A DNA stretch of 64,000 nucleotides from Planctomycetota bacterium (GTDB lineage: Bacteria; Planctomycetota; GCA-002687715; CAIWVZ01). Under the pieces are notes generated by a model. That model saw nothing but the letters and a program-made list of their open reading frames with translations. It made no database searches and was not told the DNA's origin. Below, piece by piece: positions 49,507 to 58,761 of this stretch. A program made the translations under genes and the position numbers. Within the stretch, counting starts at the first letter, position 1. Each line of letters opens with the position of its first letter. Location of the stretch: contig JBGANV010000003.1 of NCBI GenBank assembly GCA_044222185.1, positions 384,001-448,000 of the forward strand, in the 5' to 3' direction.

Positions 49507-52332
49507 ATGAGCACATCCGACACACCGCGAGCGATGGCGATCCGCCTCGCGTTCCGCGCGCGTTACCTCGAGGACATCGAGTCGGACACCGTCCGCCCGG
49601 TCGAGCACTACCAGTCGGCGTTCCCGGGATTCGAAGACGTCGTCGCCGAGGAACACTCGGTCCTCGCGCGCGCCTCGGCCGCATGGGACACGCCCCTCCC
49701 CGTTCACGCGGACATGAATGAGACCGCTGCGTACGCCGCCTCCCAGACAGTCGGTGAAGTCATCGCAGGCCACCGCATCGAGAGGCTTCTCGCGAAGGGC
49801 GGACAGGGCGCCGTTTACCTCGCAACGGATCCGGCCGGGCGCCGTGTCGCGTTCAAGATCCTCCGCCCGCTGTGGAGTCAGTCCGAGACCGCACGGAAGC
49901 GCTTCGTGCTCGAAGCCAGGATCCTGGCCGCGCAGGAGCACCCTGGGCTCTGCACCGTCTACGACGCGGGTCAGCATGGGGAGCTGCAGTGGATCTCCAT
50001 GAAGTTCGTCGATGGGGAATCTCTGGCAGCGCACCTCTCGACCCGCCGCGCATCAGGCACAAAGCAGGTGTCGGCCGAGGAGGTCCGCCGCGCCACTTCC
50101 TGGATAGAACGGACGGCGCGCGCCGTGCACCGGGCACACGAGATCGGTGCGGTCCACCGCGATCTGAAGCCGTCGAACGTCATGATCACTGGGCGCGACG
50201 ACCCGGTGGTGCTGGATTTCGGTCTGGCCCACGCCGAGACCGCGGACGAATCCTTGACGCGGACCGGGGACCTGCTCGGAACGCCGGCGTACATGGCGCC
50301 GGAGCAGGTCGCCGGCGGAAGCGGCGCGATCGATCGACGGACCGACGTCTATGCGCTCGGTGCATTGCTTTACGAACTGGTCACACTCGAAAAGCCGATC
50401 GTCGAGCCGGACCGATCGAGGCTCTACGCCGCGATTCTCACGGTGCGCCCCCGACCCGCACGGTCCCTCAACCCAGCGATCCCCCGTGACCTCGACGCCG
50501 TACTCGACGCATGCCTTCAGAAGGCGCCATCGGACCGATATCAGACCGCCGAGAGTCTTGCAGCAGACCTCGCGGCCGTGCGCGAAGGAAGAGGTGTGGC
50601 CGTCCGAAGACCATCGCTCGCGTCCATCGTGGCGAGGCGCGTCCGCAGCGAACCGGCCCTTTCATCGCTGATCGCGGCGGTCGTCGTGGTGCTGGGGATC
50701 GGCATCGTCATCATCGCGATGCTCAACCGGAGGATCGAAGCCTCGAACACGATCCTCGGCGCCGAAGCCGCCCGCGCGTCCGCTGCCCAGCGCGACGCCG
50801 AAACCAACCTGGAGGACTTCAGCCTTCTTCAGGATCTACGCAACCTGGACGGTCTCGAGGCTCGCGCCGACGAACTGTGGCCCGCCATCGAGACGTCGAC
50901 CGCACGGATGGACGCGTGGGTCAGTGACGCGACGGCGATCGCCTCGCGGCTCGATCGCGACCGGGCCGCGCGTGATCGCGTGCGTTCGCGCGGTCGTGAG
51001 ACTCCGTTCGGAGGGACGCGATCGCCATCGAGGCCCTCGGCCGCACAGGCACGCTTCGCCGAGATTCGGGGTGTCAGAGACCGGATCGAGTCGCAGCTCG
51101 AACGCACGCCTGGGACAGACACGAGAGCCACGACATTCCTCCGCGGCCGCCGTGACGAGGCCAAGAACGCGGAAGCGGTATTCCTCGCGCCGTTCGAGGG
51201 CCACGGAACGTTCGAGTTCGAGGATCCCGCAGATGCGTTCGCCTACGAACGTCTGGACGCGCTCGTCCGGCGGGTGCGACATCTCGCCGAAGACCTGCTG
51301 CCCGCCATCGAAACACGTCGCGCGCGCGCGGCTTCGCTATCACATTCGTCGATCGACGAGCACGCGGACGCATGGAGGCGGACCGTCGCGGAGGTGAGGC
51401 AAGCCCCCGCGTACCACGGCCTCGCGCTGGAACCGATCCGAGGACTGGTGCCCATCGGGCGAGACCCGGAATCGGGGCTGTTCGAGTTCGCCCATCTGCT
51501 GACGGGCATCATCCCCGCGCGCGACGCGGCCGGAAAGCTCCGGTTCGCGGCCGAGTGCGGGGTCGTCCTAGTCCTCGTGCCGGGCGGGCCCTCCCGGATC
51601 GGTGCAAGCAAACCGACGTCGTCCGAGTCCGGCCCGAATCTCGACCCTGCCGCAAAGGGCGAGGAGGGTCCCGTCGCCGAGGTCGACCTCGCTCCCTACT
51701 TCATCTCGAAATACGAGCTGACCCAGCGTCAATGGCAGCGGATGACGGGAACCAACCCGAGCGCGTCTCCGCCCACGGGTCGCGCACCGGACGAGGAAGC
51801 GCAACGCGCGATCTGTCCCGTGGAGAATGTCAGCGCCGACGACTGCCTGCTGTGGTTGCGCCGCTTCGGTCTCGACCTGCCGACCGAAGCTCAATGGGAA
51901 CACTCGGCACGCGCTGGGAAGTCAACAGTCTGGTGGACCGGTGACGATGTGGAATCGATCGCAGGCTGCGCGAACGTGGCGGACGTCACACTCCAGCGCC
52001 AGAATCCAGGGTTCGGCTTCACGGTCGAGGCATGGCTCGACGACGGGTTCGCCCAGACGGCGCCCGTCAACGCGCTCCGTCCGAATCCCTTCGGCCTTCA
52101 CCACGTGATCGGCAACGTTCGCGAGTGGACGAAGGACCGTTGGGGTGACGCGCGGTACGCGTGCCAGCCGGGAGACGGCATCAGGCTTCCCCCGCCGTCA
52201 GAGTTGCGCGGCGTGCGCGGAGGTTCCTTCGCCGGGCCGGCGAGCAACGGCAGGTCCAGCGCACGGTCGAGCGTGGAGTCATCGAGTCGGTACATGAACA
52301 CCGGCGTACGACCCGCGAGGGCCCTCCCGTGA
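49507..52332 (+). CDS. Membrane Ser/Thr protein kinase with C-terminal FGE/SUMF1-like domain
   Basis: KGGQGAVY, VAFK, HRDLKPSN, DFGLA, GTPAYMAPE; TM; FISKYELTQRQW, LPTEAQWE, PNPFGLHHVIGNVREW, RGGSF. Confidence 0.93.
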   Translation: MSTSDTPRAMAIRLAFRARYLEDIESDTVRPVEHYQSAFPGFEDVVAEEHSVLARASAAWDTPLPVHADMNETAAYAASQTVGEVIAGHRIERLLAKGGQGAVYLATDPAGRRVAFKILRPLWSQSETARKRFVLEARILAAQEHPGLCTVYDAGQHGELQWISMKFVDGESLAAHLSTRRASGTKQVSAEEVRRATSWIERTARAVHRAHEIGAVHRDLKPSNVMITGRDDPVVLDFGLAHAETADESLTRTGDLLGTPAYMAPEQVAGGSGAIDRRTDVYALGALLYELVTLEKPIVEPDRSRLYAAILTVRPRPARSLNPAIPRDLDAVLDACLQKAPSDRYQTAESLAADLAAVREGRGVAVRRPSLASIVARRVRSEPALSSLIAAVVVVLGIGIVIIAMLNRRIEASNTILGAEAARASAAQRDAETNLEDFSLLQDLRNLDGLEARADELWPAIETSTARMDAWVSDATAIASRLDRDRAARDRVRSRGRETPFGGTRSPSRPSAAQARFAEIRGVRDRIESQLERTPGTDTRATTFLRGRRDEAKNAEAVFLAPFEGHGTFEFEDPADAFAYERLDALVRRVRHLAEDLLPAIETRRARAASLSHSSIDEHADAWRRTVAEVRQAPAYHGLALEPIRGLVPIGRDPESGLFEFAHLLTGIIPARDAAGKLRFAAECGVVLVLVPGGPSRIGASKPTSSESGPNLDPAAKGEEGPVAEVDLAPYFISKYELTQRQWQRMTGTNPSASPPTGRAPDEEAQRAICPVENVSADDCLLWLRRFGLDLPTEAQWEHSARAGKSTVWWTGDDVESIAGCANVADVTLQRQNPGFGFTVEAWLDDGFAQTAPVNALRPNPFGLHHVIGNVREWTKDRWGDARYACQPGDGIRLPPPSELRGVRGGSFAGPASNGRSSARSSVESSSRYMNTGVRPARALP

Positions 52333-54842
52333 TTCGCGTCAGCCGATACGAGATACGAGGTGAGATCGGGCGTGGTGGACAAGGAGCCGTCTACCTCGCC
52401 AACGACCCGACCTTGGGACGGAACGTCGCGCTCAAGCTCATTCACCCGCGTCCCGGGACGACGGCCGAGCAGGAGGCTTCGATGCTCCGCTCAGCGGCCG
52501 TTACGACGGCCCGCATCGAAGACCCTGGAGTCTGTCCCGTCCTCGACGTCGGCTGCGACGCCGGTTTCGCGTTCGCGACGATGCCGGTCATCGACGGCGA
52601 ATCGCTCGCGACCTGGATCCGCGACCGCCGCGCGACGAACACGCCTCCCGGGCGCGACGAGGTGAAGGACGTCGCGGCCTGGATCGAAGGCGCCGCCCGG
52701 ACGCTGCACCATTGCCACGAACGCGGATGCGTTCACGGCGACGTCAAGCCCAGCAACCTCATGGTCGCACGCGACGGCCGGATCGTCGTCCTGGACTTCG
52801 GTCCGTCCGCCGACCATGGACAGCAGTCGATGCCCGGAACTCCCGCCTACCTTCCTCCCGAGCGCGCCGCGGACACGACATCGATTCCGGACGCTCAGGG
52901 AGACGTGTTCGCGCTCGGGGTCTCGCTCTTCGAGACGCTGACGCTTTCGCGACCTGCCGAGGGAGCGACCGTGACACGGCTGCTCCACGCGATCGTGCAT
53001 GAGGAGGCGCCGCGTGCCGGCCATCTGAACCGGGCAGTACCCCGCGACCTCGAGGCGATCGTCTCGAAGGCCATCGAGAAGGACCGAATCCGACGCTACC
53101 GGACCTGCGCCGAACTCGCCGACGAACTGGCGCGCTTTCGTGAAGGTCACCCCGTCGTGGCGCGGCGGCCCACGCTCCTGTTGCGCGTCACACGGCTGTG
53201 CCAGCGCCGACCGTGGGAGGCGATCGCGACGATCCTGCTCATTTCCGTTCTCGGATGGGCGCTCGTTGCATCCGTTTCGCGAACGAGACAGCTCTCCGTG
53301 ATCGGCACCAAGACGGCGGACGCGACGAAGTCCGCCGGCCTCGCCACCGACGCCGCGATGGCTTCGCTCCGGGATTGGCGCGAACTCGCCGACCTGGACG
53401 AGGTCAGGGACCTCGAGCAGCGCGCACGAGACCTCTGGCCGCCGCACCCGGCCTCGGTGCCACGGATGCGAGCATGGCTCGACGACGCGCAGCGATTGCT
53501 CTCCCGCTTCGAACGACAAGCGGATGCACTCGAGTCGCTCCGCCGGGAAGCACTCCCATGGGATCGAGCGGCCGCCCAACAGGATCGCGTCACGCACCCA
53601 GGGTGGCGGCGGTTCGAAGAGCTTCGGTCGTCTCGCGACGCCATCGCCGCGCAGATCGGAGGAGGCACGTTCCGTTTCAGACGGCAGCTCGACTCCGATC
53701 TCATCGCGCTCGACGAGTCGCTCGCGCGGTTGGGCTCCGAGATCGAGGTCCGCCGGTCATGGAGCTTCGCCGACTCCGCCCGCGGCTGGCGCCACGAATC
53801 GCTGTCGGCGCTCGTCAACGAGATGCGCGCGCTTCGAGAAGCGCTCGTCCCGGAGGTGAACCGGCGCATCGCGACCGCCGAGTCGATCGGGAGCCGCACA
53901 CTCACGGGGGCGCAGACTTCTTGGGCTCGAGCGCTCGATTCGATTGCCGACCGGGGTGAGTGCCCTCTGTATCACGGGCTTCGGATCCGGCCCCAGGCAG
54001 GCCTCGTCCCGATCGCACGCAACCCGACGACGGGTCTATGGGAGTTTGCTCACCAGCTCTCGGGGACAACGCCGAGCGTCGGAGAGGCTGGAAGCCTGGT
54101 TCTCGACGAGGAGAGCGCGGTCGTTCTCGTGCTGATCCCTGGTGGCACGTTCACGATGGGTTCTGCGCGAGGTACGACCCCGGTGCCCTCGGAGGCAGAG
54201 CTGCCGTCTCACGAGGTCAGGCTGGATCCGTTCTTCATCAGCCGCAACGAGATGACTCGAGTTCAGTGGCGAAGATGCGGAGGCGCGCCCAGGTGGAATC
54301 CTGCCGGGCTTCCGGCCGACGATCAGGACGACGTGTTGCCGGCCGCGAACGTGGATTGGAACGAGACGTCGTCGGTGCTTCGATCGGTGGGGCTCACGAC
54401 TCCAACCGAAGCGCAGTGGGAATGCGCTGCACGTGCCGGAACGAAGACGGGTTGGTGGACCGGAGACGACAAGGCCGCCCTGCGGCTCGTAGCAAATCTG
54501 CGCGACCGGATGCGGACGACGGTGCCCCCGTTCGAAGAGTGGAACGACGGCTTTGCGGACCTCGCACCCGTCGGCTCCTTCAAGCCGAGTCCCTTCGGCC
54601 TCTACGACGTCCACGGCAATGCCTGGGAATGGTGCACCGATGCCTACGACGACTACTGGATGCCGGTTCACGCTGGTGACGGCGCTCGAATCACGCTCAG
54701 CTCGGCGGAGCGGTGCTATCGCGGAGGCTCCGCCACGAACATTGCGAACGATGCGCGATCAGCGAAGCGATTCGGCGACCCGCCAGTGACGCGCTATCTC
54801 TTCCTCGGAGTGCGCCCGGCGCGCCGTGTTGATGCGGAGTAA
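52329..54842 (+). CDS. Paralogous Ser/Thr kinase-FGE/SUMF1 fusion with degenerate kinase motifs
   Basis: GTGA overlap; GRGGQGAVY, VALK, HGDVKPSN, DFGP, GTPAYLPPE; TM; PTEAQWECAARAG, PSPFGLYDVHGNAWEW. Confidence 0.9.
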   Translation: MIRVSRYEIRGEIGRGGQGAVYLANDPTLGRNVALKLIHPRPGTTAEQEASMLRSAAVTTARIEDPGVCPVLDVGCDAGFAFATMPVIDGESLATWIRDRRATNTPPGRDEVKDVAAWIEGAARTLHHCHERGCVHGDVKPSNLMVARDGRIVVLDFGPSADHGQQSMPGTPAYLPPERAADTTSIPDAQGDVFALGVSLFETLTLSRPAEGATVTRLLHAIVHEEAPRAGHLNRAVPRDLEAIVSKAIEKDRIRRYRTCAELADELARFREGHPVVARRPTLLLRVTRLCQRRPWEAIATILLISVLGWALVASVSRTRQLSVIGTKTADATKSAGLATDAAMASLRDWRELADLDEVRDLEQRARDLWPPHPASVPRMRAWLDDAQRLLSRFERQADALESLRREALPWDRAAAQQDRVTHPGWRRFEELRSSRDAIAAQIGGGTFRFRRQLDSDLIALDESLARLGSEIEVRRSWSFADSARGWRHESLSALVNEMRALREALVPEVNRRIATAESIGSRTLTGAQTSWARALDSIADRGECPLYHGLRIRPQAGLVPIARNPTTGLWEFAHQLSGTTPSVGEAGSLVLDEESAVVLVLIPGGTFTMGSARGTTPVPSEAELPSHEVRLDPFFISRNEMTRVQWRRCGGAPRWNPAGLPADDQDDVLPAANVDWNETSSVLRSVGLTTPTEAQWECAARAGTKTGWWTGDDKAALRLVANLRDRMRTTVPPFEEWNDGFADLAPVGSFKPSPFGLYDVHGNAWEWCTDAYDDYWMPVHAGDGARITLSSAERCYRGGSATNIANDARSAKRFGDPPVTRYLFLGVRPARRVDAE

Positions 54843-54844
54843 TC

Positions 54845-54884
54845 GCGAGGCGGTCCCGCAGCCGCGTGCGATCGGGGACCTCGC
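54845..54884. terminator. Imperfect hairpin between convergent genes
   Basis: GCGAGG..GTCCC...GGGACCTCGC immediately after the kinase stop. Confidence 0.35.
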
Positions 54885-55038
54885 CCACGGACTCCTCGTT
54901 CGCAGCGGCGCGACGGGTTCGTGGCGTTGACGCGGCGAACCCTGGGGTCGTGACCCGTCATGCGTGAATGAGCGCCTTCCGTGCGCGACGTCCCTGCCGG
55001 CATCGCCGTGCCCGGCGGTCGGCCGCCGGACTTCAGCG

Positions 55039-57234
55039 TCAGAACACGATGCAACGCGCCGTGGACGACGTTGGGCCGATCACGCCACCCGTGACATCCA
55101 CGCAGATCGCGTCGAACGTCAGACCGATCGGCTCGAAGTGCGGACCGAACACCTGACTCGTCCCCGTCGCCTGGAAGTGCACGGGGAGCGCGCCCAGGGG
55201 AAGCTGGAGCTGGAAGATCAGGTAGGAGAGGTCGCTGAAATAGAGGCCCGCGTAGGGGCCCGTTCCCAACCCGTTCGCGAGCCACTCGCCGCTGAAGAGG
55301 TTGTAGTACTCGTGCCCGGCCACGAGCTTCGAACTCGTCCCGAACAGTGCCGTCCCCGACCCACCCGGCTGACTGAAGCCGATCGTCGGCCGGAGGTCGT
55401 CGTACCGCGCGACCGACCGGGTGCCGCCCGCGGCTATCCGCGCGAAGGCGAAACCGGCCGGAAGGCTCGGAATGGTCGATTGCCCCACGGAATTCCGCCC
55501 CCACGCGACGAGCGATCCGTCGCTCAGCCGCGCGAGGGAGTGGTCGTCACCAGCCGCGATCTCGACGTACGCGCGCCCCGGCGGCGCGGCTGGCGCCGTC
55601 GACTGACCGTAGGTGTTGTCACCCCACCCCACGACCGTTCCGTCGCTTCGCAATCCGAGGGCGTGCCGACGCCCCGCGGCAATCGCCAAGTACGTGAGCC
55701 CCGGCGGGAGCAATGGCACGTCGGTCTGGGACACATCGTTCAGTCCCCAGGCTTGGGCGGAACCGTCGCTCATCCGCGCCAGCGAGAACCGCTCTCCAGC
55801 AGCGACGGCGACGAACGTGACACCGGCCGGGAGTACGGGGACCGCGATCTGGCCGAACCCATTGTTACCCCACGCCACCACGCTTCCGTCGCTGCGCAGC
55901 GCCAGGGTATGGAAGTCGCCGCCCGCAACGCCCGAATATGTCAAGCCCTGCGGTAGCGGCGGAACGTTGCACTGTCCGGCGATGTTCCATCCCCACGCGG
56001 TGAGCCCGCCGTCCGAACGTCGCCCGAGCGAATGGTAGAAGCCGGCTGAGATTTCGACGTACCCGACGCCCGGCGGCAGACTCGGCACCGATGCCTGACC
56101 AAAAATCGCGTACCCGAAACCGACGACAGTCCCGTCACTCCGTCGGACCAACGTGTGCGTCGGGCCGACGGCGACGTCCACGTCCGCCGCGGTCGATGGC
56201 GGCGATGGGAAGTTGCACTGCGAGTTTGCGTTCGCGCCCCATGTGACCACGCGACCGTCGCTCCGGCGGGCCGCGCTGTGATTCAGGCCGGCCGCGATCT
56301 GGACGTACGTGAGGCCTGACGGCAGGACAGGCACGTTGCACTGGCTGTCGGCGTTGTTCCCCCAGGCGACGATCGACCCGTCGCTCCGGCGCGCCAGCAT
56401 GTGGCTACCCCCGGCGGAGACGTTCACGTAGCCGAGCCCTGGTGGAAGTGGCGGCACCGTCATCTCGCCGTAGGAGTTGCCGCCCCAGACGACGATGACG
56501 CCGTCGCTCCGACGGGCTGCGATCGCGGTCAACCCGACAGTCAGTTCGACGTACGTCAGCCCCGGGGCCAGCGGCGGCACGAGCCCTCGGCCGTTCGAGA
56601 TATCGCCCCACACGACGATCGAACCGTCGTTGCGCCGTGCGGCGCTCGTGTTGCCGCGAGCCGAGACCTCGACGTATGTGAGTCCCGGCGGGAGCTGGGG
56701 GACGACGCATTGGGCACTCAAGTTCAAGCCCCAGGCGACGACCGCCCCGTTGCCGCGAAGCGCGAGCGTGTGGTTCGCGCCGGCCGCGATCTGGACGTAG
56801 GGCGCTCCAGGCACCAGCAGCGGCACGGCGAGTTCGCCGTTCAGATTGCCGCCAAAGGCGCGCAAGGATCCGTCCGTCACGAGCGCCACCGTATGACTCG
56901 TCCCGATCGAGACCTGCACGTACGACTGCCCCTGCGGCAGCGGGAGGATGTTGCACTGCCCCGCTGAGTTCTCGCCAAAGACGACGAGCGATCCGTCGGC
57001 GCGGCGAACCGCCGTGTCGACGGACCCGGCCGCGACGTCGACGAACGTCTCGTCACCGAGGCGATCATCGACGACCTGGCCGCCCCAGCCGCGAACGAAA
57101 CTCTGTGCGCTCAGTCCGCAGGCAGAGCCGAGCCACACCGCGAGGATTGCCAGCGTCCGAATCGGTCGCCAACCCGCCAACGATCCGACTGTAAGGTCGT
57201 CGGACCCGCGGTTACGCGTCACGCGCACTCTCAT
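55039..57234 (-). CDS. Exported RCC1/BLIP-II-like repeat protein
   Basis: Signal ...ACGLSAQ; about 14 repeats of Y..VAAG..H.LA.RSDG.VVAWG.N..GQ..VP.LP.GL. Start uncertain (57234-57267). Confidence 0.9.
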   Translation of the reverse strand: MRVRVTRNRGSDDLTVGSLAGWRPIRTLAILAVWLGSACGLSAQSFVRGWGGQVVDDRLGDETFVDVAAGSVDTAVRRADGSLVVFGENSAGQCNILPLPQGQSYVQVSIGTSHTVALVTDGSLRAFGGNLNGELAVPLLVPGAPYVQIAAGANHTLALRGNGAVVAWGLNLSAQCVVPQLPPGLTYVEVSARGNTSAARRNDGSIVVWGDISNGRGLVPPLAPGLTYVELTVGLTAIAARRSDGVIVVWGGNSYGEMTVPPLPPGLGYVNVSAGGSHMLARRSDGSIVAWGNNADSQCNVPVLPSGLTYVQIAAGLNHSAARRSDGRVVTWGANANSQCNFPSPPSTAADVDVAVGPTHTLVRRSDGTVVGFGYAIFGQASVPSLPPGVGYVEISAGFYHSLGRRSDGGLTAWGWNIAGQCNVPPLPQGLTYSGVAGGDFHTLALRSDGSVVAWGNNGFGQIAVPVLPAGVTFVAVAAGERFSLARMSDGSAQAWGLNDVSQTDVPLLPPGLTYLAIAAGRRHALGLRSDGTVVGWGDNTYGQSTAPAAPPGRAYVEIAAGDDHSLARLSDGSLVAWGRNSVGQSTIPSLPAGFAFARIAAGGTRSVARYDDLRPTIGFSQPGGSGTALFGTSSKLVAGHEYYNLFSGEWLANGLGTGPYAGLYFSDLSYLIFQLQLPLGALPVHFQATGTSQVFGPHFEPIGLTFDAICVDVTGGVIGPTSSTARCIVF

Positions 57235-57466
57235 CGCCCGAACGCCCGAATGCTCCCGCATGGCCATGGCAGCCCTCCATCCCGTAGACGAATGAGATCC
57301 TGCGTGCACGGGGCCAACCGCAGAATCCCAATCCGCGTCCCGGAGAGCGTACAGGAGGATTCGTGGATGGGCGAACGACCGTTGCCCGATCCGGCGTCGA
57401 CCTCCTGCGAACGGACCGCGCCGAGCGCCGCATCTTTTTTTGGCGGGCCATGGCCAGCCCGCCGGC

Positions 57467-58258
57467 TCAGGCGTCGCACGGGACGCGTCGGCGGAGTGCT
57501 CCTGGAGTCGAGCCCGCGAGGCCCCGAAACGCCGCGACGAACGCGCTCTGACTCCGGTAACCACATGCCTTTGCGACCTGCTTGACGCCGTGGCCGTCGC
57601 TGACGAGACGGATCGCATGAAGCAGGCGGAATCGCTTCCGCCACTCCTCGAATGTCTGCCCCGTCTCGAGAGGAAACAGCCGCTGCGCCGTGCGGACACT
57701 GACCCCGTGGCCACGGCACAACGACGCAAGATCCGAGGTGCTCGCCGGCTCCGCCTGCACGCGCGCCGCGATCGACGCAATGCGCGCATCGCGCGGCCAG
57801 ACCAATTCATGCGGCGCGCGAGCGCCTGACGCGATCTCGTGCGTCAACAATCGCGCGAGGGCCAGATGCCATGGGATCCGCTGATCGACGGCACTGAGCG
57901 TCGAGATTCTGGCGACGACCTCGCGCAGGAGCGGACTCACGGCGACCACGCAGCACTCTGTCGGCAAATCGACACCGCGTCGCGGTCGGACGTAGAGCAT
58001 CCGCAATGACGTCGGCGTGCAGATCTCCAGCTCGTAACGCGCCCCGGCCGGAGCCCAGACCGCGTTTGAAGCCGGCGTCGACCACGCGCCGTGCGGAGTG
58101 CGGACGATCATCACGCCGTCACCGGCTGCGACGAGGCGATGCCAGGCCTTCGTCGGCGACGTCGTGCTCACGCCAGGAGCGCAGGCAACGACCATGGTAC
58201 GGACGAGCAGGTGGCGCTCGTCATCAGGCGTCAGCGCGGGTTGGCGCTTGAACGACAT
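57467..58258 (-). CDS. AraC-family transcriptional regulator (cupin + HTH)
   Basis: AVWAPAG cupin; SVRTAQRLF...GQTFEEWR...VAKACGYRSQSAFVAAFR...G.TP. Confidence 0.92.
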   Translation of the reverse strand: MSFKRQPALTPDDERHLLVRTMVVACAPGVSTTSPTKAWHRLVAAGDGVMIVRTPHGAWSTPASNAVWAPAGARYELEICTPTSLRMLYVRPRRGVDLPTECCVVAVSPLLREVVARISTLSAVDQRIPWHLALARLLTHEIASGARAPHELVWPRDARIASIAARVQAEPASTSDLASLCRGHGVSVRTAQRLFPLETGQTFEEWRKRFRLLHAIRLVSDGHGVKQVAKACGYRSQSAFVAAFRGLAGSTPGALRRRVPCDA

Positions 58259-58316
58259 CAGTTGGCGCTCCACGGACTCGCGATCGCGCGGCACCGCAGG
58301 TATACGTGACCATCGC

Positions 58317-58355
58317 GCACGCGCCGCACGCGCCGCACGCGCCGCACGCGCCGCA
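58317..58355 (+). repeat. 9-bp tandem repeat (GCACGCGCC)x4 in the araC/VOC intergenic region
   Basis: Four perfect copies plus GCA, ending at the AGGAG RBS of the VOC gene. Confidence 0.9.
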
Positions 58356-58368
58356 GGAGCTCTCGATC

Positions 58369-58761
58369 ATGTCCAATCATCTGTCGCATTTCGCCGTCAG
58401 TGCCGATGACACGCAACGAGCCCGCCGATTCTACGAGCGCGTGTTCGGCTGGGGATTCGAGCCGTTCGGGCCGCCCGAGTTCTACCTCTTGCACACCGAC
58501 GGACCGGGCAAGGGCGGGCGGGTCCCCGGGGCGCTCCAGAAACGCTTCGAGGTCGTGCCCGGCGTCCACCTCTCCGGTCCCGGTTTCGAGTGCACGATCT
58601 CCGTGCGCGACGTCGATGCCGTGACGGCGCTGGTCAAGAAGCATGGCGGAAAGATCCTGATGCCGAAGGCCACGATCCCGACCGTGGGGACGCTGATCCG
58701 ATTCGCCGACACCGAGAACAACGTCGTCTGCGCCATGCAGTACGAGAATCCGGCGTTGTGA
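58369..58761 (+). CDS. VOC/glyoxalase family protein
   Basis: HFAVSADD..RARRFYERVFGW; GGKIL...IPTVG...FADTENN. Confidence 0.9.
   Translation: MSNHLSHFAVSADDTQRARRFYERVFGWGFEPFGPPEFYLLHTDGPGKGGRVPGALQKRFEVVPGVHLSGPGFECTISVRDVDAVTALVKKHGGKILMPKATIPTVGTLIRFADTENNVVCAMQYENPAL

Noticed and set aside
52200-55038. Diversity-generating retroelement targeting the FGE/C-type-lectin C-termini
   Set aside because: No reverse transcriptase and no near-identical template repeat differing at adenines in the window. The two 3' ends differ like old paralogues. A remote DGR cannot be excluded.
55400-57060. CRISPR-like periodic DNA repeats
   Set aside because: The periodicity comes from degenerate RCC1 protein repeats within an open frame; there are no identical repeats with unique spacers and no cas genes.
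47372-57400. Horizontally acquired island suggested by more A/T-ending codons
   Set aside because: An impression only, not computed; no integrase, tRNA or flanking direct repeats, and the gene types match the rest of the window.
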